Below are positions 46,966-55,442 of a stretch of DNA of 64,000 nt, in pieces. Source of the stretch: Paracoccaceae bacterium (GTDB taxonomy: Bacteria > Pseudomonadota > Alphaproteobacteria > Rhodobacterales > Rhodobacteraceae). A model generated the notes under the pieces. That model worked only from the letters and a program-made list of their open reading frames with translations. It did no database searches and was not told the origin of the DNA. How positions within the stretch are numbered: the stretch's first letter is position 1; every line of letters begins with the position of its first letter. The position numbers were made by a program, and so were the translations under genes. The DNA lies in NCBI GenBank assembly GCA_002402045.2, contig NVUX02000006.1:49095-113094 (forward strand). The letters are read 5' to 3'.

Positions 46966-47120
46966 TGCTCCCTGATTTAGGAAAATACACCCTTCCGGTT
47001 TTAGCCGCATATGCCTCTATGTTTGTGCTCATCGGAGGCTTGATTTTGGTTTCGCTGCGCAATGCCAAAAAAAGCAAAGCAACCCTTGCGCGGCTTGAAG
47101 CGAATCGGAAATCAAAATGA
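46965..47120 (+). CDS. ccmD: haem exporter protein CcmD (51 aa)
   Basis: ATG 46965 overlaps the ccmC stop (TAATG). MLPDLGKYTLPVLAAYASMFVLIGGLILVSL is a single TM segment, followed by a basic tail. The position between ccmC and ccmG fits. The 92-aa track ORF is an upstream extension inside ccmC. Confidence 0.8.
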   Translation: MLPDLGKYTLPVLAAYASMFVLIGGLILVSLRNAKKSKATLARLEANRKSK

Positions 47121-47671
47121 CCGAAGAACCGAAAAAATCCTTCAATCCGTTTTTGCTTTTGCCGCCGCTGATATTTCTTGGCCTCGCCACCATCTTTTAC
47201 ATCGGCCTGCAGCGAGAGAACCCAAACGCCCTGCCCTCACAGTTTATTGGCCAAACTGCGCCTTTGGTTAACCTGACCGACCTGCGCGAAGACCCCGCCC
47301 CCGTAGATGCCGATTTTCGCAACGGCAATATGCAATTGGTTAATTTTTGGGCCAGCTGGTGCGCCCCCTGCCGCGCCGAAGCCCCAATATTGGAGCGCAT
47401 GGCAGACGAGATGGGCATTGCAATTATTGGCATAAATTACAAAGACCAGCCAGCGCAGGCCAAATCATTTTTAAACCAGTTTGGCGACCCGTTTATAAAG
47501 ATAGGGGCCGATTTTTCGGGCCGAAACGCCATAGAATGGGGGGTAACCGGCGTGCCGGAAACCTTTATTTTGGACGGCGAGGGCAAGATACTGCTGCGCT
47601 ACCCCGGACCGATCACCCAGTCGATTTTTACCACCAGAATATTACCATTGCTCAATGGTGAAACAGAATAG
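47117..47671 (+). CDS. ccmG: thiol:disulfide interchange protein DsbE/CcmG
   Basis: 184 aa with an N-terminal anchor, the thioredoxin motif WASWCAPC and the GVTGVPETF motif. Confidence 0.9.
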   Translation: MTEEPKKSFNPFLLLPPLIFLGLATIFYIGLQRENPNALPSQFIGQTAPLVNLTDLREDPAPVDADFRNGNMQLVNFWASWCAPCRAEAPILERMADEMGIAIIGINYKDQPAQAKSFLNQFGDPFIKIGADFSGRNAIEWGVTGVPETFILDGEGKILLRYPGPITQSIFTTRILPLLNGETE

Positions 47672-47747
47672 CCCCATAAAACTAGACAAAAAGCCAGTTT
47701 TGTGCCAATATTCACGCCTACAATTCATTTTTATGTAGGGGTTTATT

Positions 47748-48077
47748 ATGGCAGACATTGATAATATTGAAAAAAGATTGATAAAAGTCGAAGGGAAACT
47801 TGAGAAACTCCACACCGATATGGTGAGAGTTAATAACGAAGTCCATCGACATGTGACCAAGCTCGAAGACAGGTTTAACCGGAATTTAAAAGACCAAAAC
47901 CGCGTGAATGCACAGGATCACAAGTTCATTACGGGCTTGGAGAACCGGTTTGGAAAAATGGACCGGGATTCCAAGAAGCTGAAAAAACAATCCGACCCTC
48001 GACAGGTAGACCGCAATACAATGAAACTGGTGGATCAGGCGCTCAAAGCCTACGATCAAAAGAAGGGTAAGCGCTAG
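47748..48077 (+). CDS. hypothetical charged coiled-coil protein (lower-GC gene)
   Basis: 109 aa, highly charged (K/R/D/E rich), heptad-like (IEKRLIKVEGKLEKLHTDMVRVNNEVHRHVTKLEDRFNRNLKD). Visibly AT-richer than its neighbours. The stop TAG abuts the ATG of the next gene. Confidence 0.55.
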   Translation: MADIDNIEKRLIKVEGKLEKLHTDMVRVNNEVHRHVTKLEDRFNRNLKDQNRVNAQDHKFITGLENRFGKMDRDSKKLKKQSDPRQVDRNTMKLVDQALKAYDQKKGKR

Positions 48078-49676
48078 ATGCTGGACCCCGTCGCGATGGT
48101 CGCCAAGGGCGCGCGCAAAGGGTATCCGGTTGAAGATTTCCAGCCCATCTGGAACAGTGCCGCCATGCGGATTGCGCGCTCGGCTTGGGTGGATTGCGGG
48201 CTTGAGGTTTTTTTGCGTAAGGATGTGCCATATGGCGCAACTTCAAGCGGGCGATTATCCGAAGACGCCGTGCAGCTTTTGCTGGAAACCGGCCCCAAAA
48301 ACCAGCCATGCCGGTTTTTGGAAATCGGGTCAGGCTCGGGGATTTTTGCCAAGCTGTTTTTAGATTCCCTTAAGCTTCAAGCCCCCGAAATTTACAAAAC
48401 CTGCACCTATATTGTCACCGATGGTAGCGCCATCATGCTGGAATCTCAATCAAAATACGGCGTTCTCGCGGAGCATGCCGACCAGATTGAAACACGGGTT
48501 TTTGATGCTGGCGCACCGTGGCCCAAAGATTTTGAGGCGGCGTTTGATGGTGTTTTCGCTTCCTATATCCTTGATAGCCTCCCGATTGATATCCTCTCAG
48601 TGGGCGAAAGCGGCGTGCGGCAAATGCAAGCACGCTGTGTTTTGCCTGTCAAAAATGATGCGCTTGAAGATGCACTTAAAATCCCCGGCAACAACCACCT
48701 CGCGCCTTTTTTGCCCATAGCCAAAAACCTGCAAATTCAGACTCGGCATTTTGAGACCGCAAACCTGCCCTATGCTGACGCATTGCCGATGAAAAAAGGC
48801 GATGACACTCCGATGGTCCATTGTCATGGTGCCCTCGCCTGTGTTGAAAACATCGCGAATGCATTACGCTCAGGCGGTTTTGCGATGCTATCTGATTATG
48901 GCACCTTGGTTCCGCGCGAACCTTCTGAGCAAATCGAATTCCAAAATTTTGGGGCATCGGCGGCATTGGCCGTGAATTTCCATCAACTTGATAGCTGGTT
49001 TGCCGAAGGTAAAACCGCCTATCTGAAGCCCGTGTCAGAGGAGGGCCACCTCATCACCCGCGTGCTTTATAATGGCGATGGGAGTGACCTATTTGAGCTG
49101 GTTGATCTTCTGTTTGGCCTCGCCCGCCAACAAGCCTTGCGCCTGCCTGTGGAGGCCGCGCGCGAAATGCTGCGGGCCAATGCTTTTGAAACCGCCCGCC
49201 AGCTATATAGCAAGGCCATGGCTCTACAGCCGCGCAATTGGTCGCTGGCAGAAGAGGTCTCCGAGCTACTTTTGCTCAGCGCAAAAGACTATAAAGACGC
49301 GATTTCGCTGGCTGAATTCGGGTTAAGCCTCAATCCAATCGGGCCCAATCTTTACCGAATCATTGCTGAGGCGCGCTACCATCTGGGTGATATTTCCGGG
49401 GCGGAAGACGCTATTGCCGCTTGCCTGCGGCTTTCGGGAGCCTCACCGCAAGCGCGGCTTTTACAAGCCCGGATTCAGGTGAAATCAGAGCATATAGAAG
49501 GGGCACTCATCTCGGTTGCCAAAGGGTTGGCAATGGATAAAGAAGCGGACCAGCGCGAGGCCCTAATCCAACTGCAAAATGAAATTTTAGTGAATATCAG
49601 CCAAAATGCGCGGGAAGACCTGCTTGCCGAGGTTAACCGCACCCGCAATTTGGATGCGCTCACTCTTCGTCTTTGA
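48078..49676 (+). CDS. class I SAM-dependent methyltransferase (MidA/DUF185-like) fused to C-terminal TPR repeats
   Basis: 532 aa. SAM motif I FLEIGSGSGIFAKLF, then YIVTDGS, ASYILDSLPIDIL and MLSDYG, reminiscent of the MidA/NDUFAF7 family. The C-terminal ~190 aa have TPR-like helical repeats (ARQLYSKAMALQPRNW, ISLAEFGLSLNPIGPN, ARYHLGD). Confidence 0.6.
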   Translation: MLDPVAMVAKGARKGYPVEDFQPIWNSAAMRIARSAWVDCGLEVFLRKDVPYGATSSGRLSEDAVQLLLETGPKNQPCRFLEIGSGSGIFAKLFLDSLKLQAPEIYKTCTYIVTDGSAIMLESQSKYGVLAEHADQIETRVFDAGAPWPKDFEAAFDGVFASYILDSLPIDILSVGESGVRQMQARCVLPVKNDALEDALKIPGNNHLAPFLPIAKNLQIQTRHFETANLPYADALPMKKGDDTPMVHCHGALACVENIANALRSGGFAMLSDYGTLVPREPSEQIEFQNFGASAALAVNFHQLDSWFAEGKTAYLKPVSEEGHLITRVLYNGDGSDLFELVDLLFGLARQQALRLPVEAAREMLRANAFETARQLYSKAMALQPRNWSLAEEVSELLLLSAKDYKDAISLAEFGLSLNPIGPNLYRIIAEARYHLGDISGAEDAIAACLRLSGASPQARLLQARIQVKSEHIEGALISVAKGLAMDKEADQREALIQLQNEILVNISQNAREDLLAEVNRTRNLDALTLRL

Positions 49677-50262
49677 TCTCATATTTCGAAAAAAGACCGA
49701 CTTGTGACATGATAAAACCAAAGGTGGCGAGCGGCAGGAAAAATGTCTTGAAGGTCACCCATGTGTCTGTATCAAAATTGCGCCATACCAGCTCGTTTAC
49801 CACGGCAAGGGCAAAGAAAAACAACGCAAACCGCTTGGTGAAAATCATCCAGCCCTCATCTTGCAGCGGCATCATATCCCCCATCAGGTAGCGCAAATAA
49901 CTCTGGCCGCGCAACAGGCCAAAGCCCAGTGCGCCCCCAAAAGCAAGGTAAAGAATGGTGGGTTTCATTTTAATAAAGGTCGCGTCTTGCAGCCAAATTG
50001 TGAGCCCGCCGAACACAACCACAATAACCGCTGTGATCACCGCCATTTTTGGCAAGTGCTTGTTTACAAACCATGAATAGGCCAGTGCAATCAATGTTAT
50101 CGGGACAAAAACACCCGTGGCGAAAATAACCTGCGCCAGTTGCCGCTCATCATCCGAGGCCCCCTCGGGAAATGGTGCCAGCCGATAAGCCAGAAAAAAC
50201 ACCATTATCGGCCCAATTTCCAGCACCAGTTTTACAATCGGATTTTTCTTCTTTTCAGTCAT
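49660..50262 (-). CDS. yciB: intracellular septation protein A (YciB/IspZ family)
   Basis: 200 aa, 5 TM segments. N-terminus KLVLEIGPIMVFFLAYRL is typical of YciB. Confidence 0.8.
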   Translation of the reverse strand: MTEKKKNPIVKLVLEIGPIMVFFLAYRLAPFPEGASDDERQLAQVIFATGVFVPITLIALAYSWFVNKHLPKMAVITAVIVVVFGGLTIWLQDATFIKMKPTILYLAFGGALGFGLLRGQSYLRYLMGDMMPLQDEGWMIFTKRFALFFFALAVVNELVWRNFDTDTWVTFKTFFLPLATFGFIMSQVGLFSKYEIKDEE

Positions 50263-50330
50263 ATCATTTTCCTAATTTCGCGGCAGCCTAGCCGATTGTA
50301 GGGCGGGGTTCTACCCCACCAATCGCAGCA

Positions 50331-51230
50331 TCACCCAAATTCTACCACCACCGCGCCAAGCGCAATCAGCGCCATCAACATGCCCCGCGCCAGTCCCACC
50401 TTTTCCTTCAGAAAAAACCAACCAATCAGGGCCGCAAACACCACCGAAGTTTCCCGCAGCACCGCCGCCTCACCCACTGTATCCAGCCTTGTGGCCATCA
50501 TTACCGAGCCAAAACTGGCATAGGCGATAAGCCCCCCGAGAAACCCGCGCCGCATTAGCGGTGCCAGCGCCGGCTTGTCAGCCATGCGCTTGTAATGCCG
50601 CGCAGAAATAAACGGAAAGATTATGCCATCAATCATGAAAAACCATGCCAAAAAGGTAAACGGATCGGCCGTGGCGCGAATGCCGTAAGCGTCATATGTG
50701 GTGTAGAGCGCCACAAATAGCCCCGTTACAAAGGCCAGCCCGAGCGCCTGCAAAAGCCGCCCACGCCCCACATGTGTGGCCTGTATATTCACGCCCGCAA
50801 GCGCAAATATCGCCCCGAGCAGCAGGGCCACACCAAGCCACTGCGTTGCCGAAAATCGCTCGTTAAATACTATCCCCGCGATCAGTACCGTTATGAGCGG
50901 CCCCGTACCACGCACCACAGGATAAACCACCGTATAGGCGCCCCTAGAGTAGGCCATGGCCTGAAACAGCTTATATCCAAGATGAATTGGCAGAACGCCG
51001 GCAAAAATTATCCACATATGCGGCTCTGGCCATGGCACCACAAAAAGCGCAAATGGCGCCGCCATTAGGCCATAAGAAAAATCCATCGCCCCGCGCATCA
51101 ACCACGGATCAAACCGACCCTTTTGCAGCGCGCCAAAAATGGCGTGCGTAAGGGCCGCAAGCAGGGCCAACCCAACGGCCAGCCAGTGGCCCTCGTCTGT
51201 GCCCGCGAGGCCGATTAGCCATTGGCTCAC
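50331..51230 (-). CDS. DMT-superfamily (EamA-like) transporter
   Basis: 299 aa, about 10 TM segments in two repeated EamA-like halves. Confidence 0.75.
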   Translation of the reverse strand: MSQWLIGLAGTDEGHWLAVGLALLAALTHAIFGALQKGRFDPWLMRGAMDFSYGLMAAPFALFVVPWPEPHMWIIFAGVLPIHLGYKLFQAMAYSRGAYTVVYPVVRGTGPLITVLIAGIVFNERFSATQWLGVALLLGAIFALAGVNIQATHVGRGRLLQALGLAFVTGLFVALYTTYDAYGIRATADPFTFLAWFFMIDGIIFPFISARHYKRMADKPALAPLMRRGFLGGLIAYASFGSVMMATRLDTVGEAAVLRETSVVFAALIGWFFLKEKVGLARGMLMALIALGAVVVEFG

Positions 51231-52204
51231 TCGACGCCTGCGAGCGCGTTGGCAAATTCCTGTGGGTCAAAAGGCGCGAGGTCATCTATGGCCTCGCCAA
51301 CCCCGATCGCGTGGATCGGGATGCCAAACCGGTCTGCCAATGCGACCAGCACGCCGCCCTTGGCCGTGCCATCAAGCTTGGTCATCACCAACCCGCTGAC
51401 ATCCGCAATTTTGGTGAAAATCTCCACTTGGTTTAGGGCATTTTGGCCGGTTGTGGCATCAAGCACCAAGAGCGTATTATGCGGCGCCTCAGGGTCTTTT
51501 TTGCGGATCACCCGCACAATTTTTGCGAGTTCTTCCATCAAGTCAGCACGGTTTTGCAGCCGCCCTGCGGTGTCTATCAGAAGAATGTCCGCGCCACTTT
51601 CCTCGGCCTTGCCCATGGCCTCAAAGGCCAATGACGCGGGGTCTGAACCTTCAGGCGCGGTGAGCACCGGCACGCCAGCCCGCTCGCCCCACACCTGAAG
51701 CTGTTCCACGGCGGCAGCCCGAAATGTATCGCCCGCCGCGATCACCACTGATTTCCCTGCCCCCTTAAGCTGGCTCGCAAGCTTCCCGATAGTTGTGGTT
51801 TTTCCAGAGCCATTCACCCCCACCACCAACACCACCTGTGGCCGTTTATCGTAAATCGGCATAGGCCGCGCAACAGGCTCCAAAATAGCGGCACATTCCG
51901 CCGCCAATAACCGCTTTATTTCAGCCGCGCCCAGCTTTTTGCCAAACCGCCCTTCAGCCATATTTGCCGAAACCTTGAGGGCGGTTTCCACCCCCATATC
52001 AGCCGAAATCAGCAATTCCTCCAAGCTTTCCAGCATGGCGTCATCCAGCACCCGCTTTGGGCCATCACCCCCGAGCGCACGCGCAATAAGCCCGGGCTTG
52101 GGCGCTTTAGCAGGGGTCTCAGCGGCCAGCAGCGCGTTCACCCCATCATCAATTTTTTCAGACGACCGGGTAAGCCGTTTTTTGAGTTTAGAGAAAAAAG
52201 ACAT
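51227..52204 (-). CDS. ftsY: signal recognition particle receptor FtsY
   Basis: The start is moved to ATG 52204 (MSFFSKLKKRLTRSSEKI). NG domain motifs GVNGSGKTTTIGKLA, DTAGR, TKLDGTAKGG. Confidence 0.9.
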   Translation of the reverse strand: MSFFSKLKKRLTRSSEKIDDGVNALLAAETPAKAPKPGLIARALGGDGPKRVLDDAMLESLEELLISADMGVETALKVSANMAEGRFGKKLGAAEIKRLLAAECAAILEPVARPMPIYDKRPQVVLVVGVNGSGKTTTIGKLASQLKGAGKSVVIAAGDTFRAAAVEQLQVWGERAGVPVLTAPEGSDPASLAFEAMGKAEESGADILLIDTAGRLQNRADLMEELAKIVRVIRKKDPEAPHNTLLVLDATTGQNALNQVEIFTKIADVSGLVMTKLDGTAKGGVLVALADRFGIPIHAIGVGEAIDDLAPFDPQEFANALAGVE

Positions 52205-52291
52205 ATGCACTCCTTTGCCACTACTTAATACGGCAACCACGGTAAGAAAAGCGTTTGAGTGGTTTTCTTTACGAATCGCAGTAGCTTAACG

Positions 52292-53968
52292 CTAAACCTC
52301 TTCAGGAAAATACCGAAAAACCGTCAGGATCGGGTTGGGTGCAGCCTGCCCCAAACCACAAATAGAGGCATCAACCATGGCCTCGCACAAATCCTCCAAA
52401 AGCGGCTTGTCCCATTGTTTTTCCATAATTTTAACAGCTTTCTCACAGCCCACGCGGCACGGCGTGCATTGCCCGCAGCTCTCATCCGCAAAAAACCTGA
52501 GCATATTGAGCGCCGCGTCTTTGATAGAATCCTTGTCAGATAATACGACAACCGCACCAGAGCCAATAAAGCTGCCAAGCGGCTGCAAAGTGTCAAAATC
52601 AAGCGGCACATCGTTCATGCTGGCGGGCAATAAGCCCGATGACGGCCCACCGGGCTGATAGGCTTTAAAAATATGCCCGTCCAGCATGCCCCCGCTGGCT
52701 TCGATCACATCTGTTATCGTCGACCCAGCCGGCAGCAGCTTAACCCCCGGAAACCGCACACGGCCCGATACGGAGTAACTCCGCAACCCAACACGCCCGT
52801 TCTTCTTGTGGCTACTAAATACCTCCGGCCCACCGCGCGCAATTTTGCTAACCCAGTGAAGGGTTTCCACGTTATGCACCAGCGTTGGCCGTCCAAAAAC
52901 TCCGACCTGTGCAACATAAGGCGGCCGCAATCTCGGCATCCCGCGCTTGCCTTCAATGCTCTCGATCATCGCACTTTCTTCGCCACAGATATAAGATCCC
53001 GCGCCGCGCCGCAATTCTACAAAATCAGGCGCAATTAGCCCTTGGTTTTCCAGTTCTGCCAGCTCACTTTCCAGCACTTTTCGAACCTCAGGATACTCAT
53101 CTCGCAGGTATATGTATACTTTTTCAACATCGGCCGCCCAAGCGGCAATAAGCATGCCTTCTAGCATCGCATGGGGTTCCCGCTCCAAATAATAGCGGTC
53201 TTTAAACGTCCCCGGCTCACCTTCATCAGCATTAACAGCCATTAGTCGTGGCCCGCTTTCTGCACGCACAAAGCTCCACTTTCTCCCCGACGGGAACCCC
53301 GCACCTCCCATGCCCCGAAGCCCCGACAACAGGATCATTTCCTGTACTTCATCGGGTGTCTTCTCTCCAAGACGAAGCCCCTCCAGCACGCGATAGCCAC
53401 CATCATCACGATACTCGGCGAACCGCTCATAGTCGGGCAGTATCACCTTTGTATCTATCGCTGATTTCACTTTTGAATCATCAGCTTGCCCAACATGGAC
53501 ATGCCCTACAGCCACCACAGGCGCCACCTCACACCGCCCCATGCAGGGCGCACGAACCACGCGCAACTCTGGATGCCGCACCGCCAATTCCTCAAAAAGC
53601 GCCGACGCACCCGCCATTTCACAGGAAAGTGATTCACACACACGAAGCGTAAGTGGCGGCGAGGCTTCCCCTGCTGCCAATACATCAAAATGGGCATAAA
53701 AGCTTGCAACCTCAAAAACCTCTGCCTCGCCCAGCCGTAAGATTTCGGCCAAAGCCTTTATGTGCTGTTGGCTCAAGCCCCCATATTCATCCTGAATCAA
53801 GTGCAGGTATTCAATGAGCATATCACGCTTAAGCTCTTGCCCAGAAAGCAAATTTACAACCTCGGCAACGGCCGCTTCATCCAGCATCCGCCCTTTAGGA
53901 TACTCCCGCCCTTTACCAGTGCCGGATTTCCAAACCCCTTTAATGTCCACGTTCACATTCTCCCTCAC
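52292..53968 (-). CDS. NuoE-like/NuoF-like fusion flavoprotein (NAD-dependent formate dehydrogenase beta-subunit type)
   Basis: 558 aa. The N-terminal thioredoxin-like [2Fe-2S] region has C-x4-C...C-x3-C (CESLSCEM...CMGRCEV). An NADH/FMN-binding NuoF-like core follows (GLRGMGGAGFPSG, ICGEESAMIES), then a C-terminal 4Fe-4S motif (ESCGQCTPCR). Confidence 0.8.
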   Translation of the reverse strand: MRENVNVDIKGVWKSGTGKGREYPKGRMLDEAAVAEVVNLLSGQELKRDMLIEYLHLIQDEYGGLSQQHIKALAEILRLGEAEVFEVASFYAHFDVLAAGEASPPLTLRVCESLSCEMAGASALFEELAVRHPELRVVRAPCMGRCEVAPVVAVGHVHVGQADDSKVKSAIDTKVILPDYERFAEYRDDGGYRVLEGLRLGEKTPDEVQEMILLSGLRGMGGAGFPSGRKWSFVRAESGPRLMAVNADEGEPGTFKDRYYLEREPHAMLEGMLIAAWAADVEKVYIYLRDEYPEVRKVLESELAELENQGLIAPDFVELRRGAGSYICGEESAMIESIEGKRGMPRLRPPYVAQVGVFGRPTLVHNVETLHWVSKIARGGPEVFSSHKKNGRVGLRSYSVSGRVRFPGVKLLPAGSTITDVIEASGGMLDGHIFKAYQPGGPSSGLLPASMNDVPLDFDTLQPLGSFIGSGAVVVLSDKDSIKDAALNMLRFFADESCGQCTPCRVGCEKAVKIMEKQWDKPLLEDLCEAMVDASICGLGQAAPNPILTVFRYFPEEV

Positions 53969-54110
53969 ATTTGCGGCAGCTTAGGCCCGAAGCACCAAAC
54001 TCCCAAGCGGAAATGCGACTTAAAGCGGCATGTATTCGCCCAACTGCAAGCAAACCCTTGCCAAACTTGCCGCCACTTTGTTGAATTGAACAAATTTGGA
54101 GATTGATTCT

Positions 54111-54590
54111 ATGTTTCGTATTGCCCTTATGGCCAGCATTTTCGCATCACCCGCCTTTGCACAAGACAGCGAAGCAACACTGGCCAAGAAAATCCTTCTA
54201 GGCACCCCGATGGGGGAAGCCGAATTTCGCGCCATGTCTGATGGCAACACCATCACTTATAATAGTCAAGGTGATGACCTTTACCGCGAATATTATCGCC
54301 CGGGCACCAACCGCGTTGTGATCGAATGGGCAACACCAAGCGAAGATGGGCAAATAAATTGCGACATTGGCACATGGCGGGCTGAAGGGGAGACCATATG
54401 CTTTGACTGGGTTCGCTCCGGCGCCGTTTGCTCGGCTTGGGTCAATTTCCAAGGCGAATATATTTCTGAATTGGTGATTGATGGTGAGCGCCGTGGCAAC
54501 ATCGAGCCGATATCCGAAATCACCACCACGCCGCTTTATTGCGAAGTCGGGATGGTGTCGCTCATGGCCCCGTTCTCCCCTGCCGGATGA
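54111..54590 (+). CDS. small secreted Cys-containing hypothetical protein, paralogue 1 of 3
   Basis: ATG 54111 follows a GGAG RBS. Signal peptide MFRIALMASIFASPAFAQ. Shares the pattern G.T..Y......Y..E.Y...........DG.C..G.W......CF.......C with the next two genes. Confidence 0.7.
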   Translation: MFRIALMASIFASPAFAQDSEATLAKKILLGTPMGEAEFRAMSDGNTITYNSQGDDLYREYYRPGTNRVVIEWATPSEDGQINCDIGTWRAEGETICFDWVRSGAVCSAWVNFQGEYISELVIDGERRGNIEPISEITTTPLYCEVGMVSLMAPFSPAG

Positions 54591-55030
54591 AGGTACTCGC
54601 CCTGATACTGGCCCTCACGCCCAGCGCTCTGCTCGCGCAAAATCTGCCTGAGCGGTTGGCAAACGCGCCCAGCATTTCGCTTGAAGACTGGCGCGCCATG
54701 ACCGAAGGTAAAACTGTAGTTTATGAAATTGACGGTGTGACGTATGGCTATGAAAGCTACCTTGGCGCCAATAAAGTTACTATCCGCCTAGACGACGGGA
54801 GTTGCATTGATGGCACGTGGCATATGGAGCAAACTGCTTTTTGTTTTGACTGGCAAGGCAGCGCGTTGAACTGCTTTAACCACAAACGGCTGGATGGCAA
54901 TATTTATGTGGTCGGGCTGGAAAACGGCGTCGAGACCACGGACATCCAAAGGGTATCGCGCATCACCAATATCCCCGTTGCTTGTGGCCCCGCACTGCTT
55001 AGCTCACTCATTACGCCGGTACACCCATGA
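54587..55030 (+). CDS. small secreted Cys-containing hypothetical protein, paralogue 2 of 3
   Basis: ATG 54587 overlaps the stop of paralogue 1 (ATGA). Signal peptide MKVLALILALTPSALLAQ. Same conserved Cys/Trp pattern. Confidence 0.7.
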   Translation: MKVLALILALTPSALLAQNLPERLANAPSISLEDWRAMTEGKTVVYEIDGVTYGYESYLGANKVTIRLDDGSCIDGTWHMEQTAFCFDWQGSALNCFNHKRLDGNIYVVGLENGVETTDIQRVSRITNIPVACGPALLSSLITPVHP

Positions 55031-55437
55031 AATACACCACCGCCCTTTTTGTTATCTGTGCGGGCGCGGCTCAGGCGCAGGCCTTAACCGGAAAAGAGTT
55101 TGATAGCCTTTCCCGTGGCACCACGATGCACTTCACCGAAAATGGCCAATTTTATGGCTCTGAGCAGTTTTTCTTTGGTCAGCGCACCGCTTGGCGGGCG
55201 GATGATGGCCGGTGTGTTAACGGAAAATGGACATTCGAGGCCCCGGCAATTTGCTTTCGTTATGACGATGGTAGCGGTCCGTTTTGCTGGGTGATCGAAG
55301 GCGATGCCGAGGCCCTTACGATAACCAGCACCACACGAAAGGACGGCCAACCCCCGCTTATGCTTAGGCTGTCTGGCCAAGATAAATCCGAGATCCTGTG
55401 CACCGGCCCGCTTTTTGGCGTGTCTTTCCAGCCCTAA
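55027..55437 (+). CDS. small secreted Cys-containing hypothetical protein, paralogue 3 of 3
   Basis: ATGA overlap with paralogue 2. Signal peptide MKYTTALFVICAGAAQAQA. Same conserved Cys/Trp pattern. Confidence 0.7.
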   Translation: MKYTTALFVICAGAAQAQALTGKEFDSLSRGTTMHFTENGQFYGSEQFFFGQRTAWRADDGRCVNGKWTFEAPAICFRYDDGSGPFCWVIEGDAEALTITSTTRKDGQPPLMLRLSGQDKSEILCTGPLFGVSFQP

Positions 55438-55442
55438 AGGGC

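Noticed and set aside
46234-47671. ccmC-ccmD-ccmG without adjacent ccmAB or ccmEFH, considered as a possible anomaly.
   Set aside because: Split ccm/hel loci are common in alphaproteobacteria. The other genes are expected elsewhere in the genome, so this is not informative by itself.
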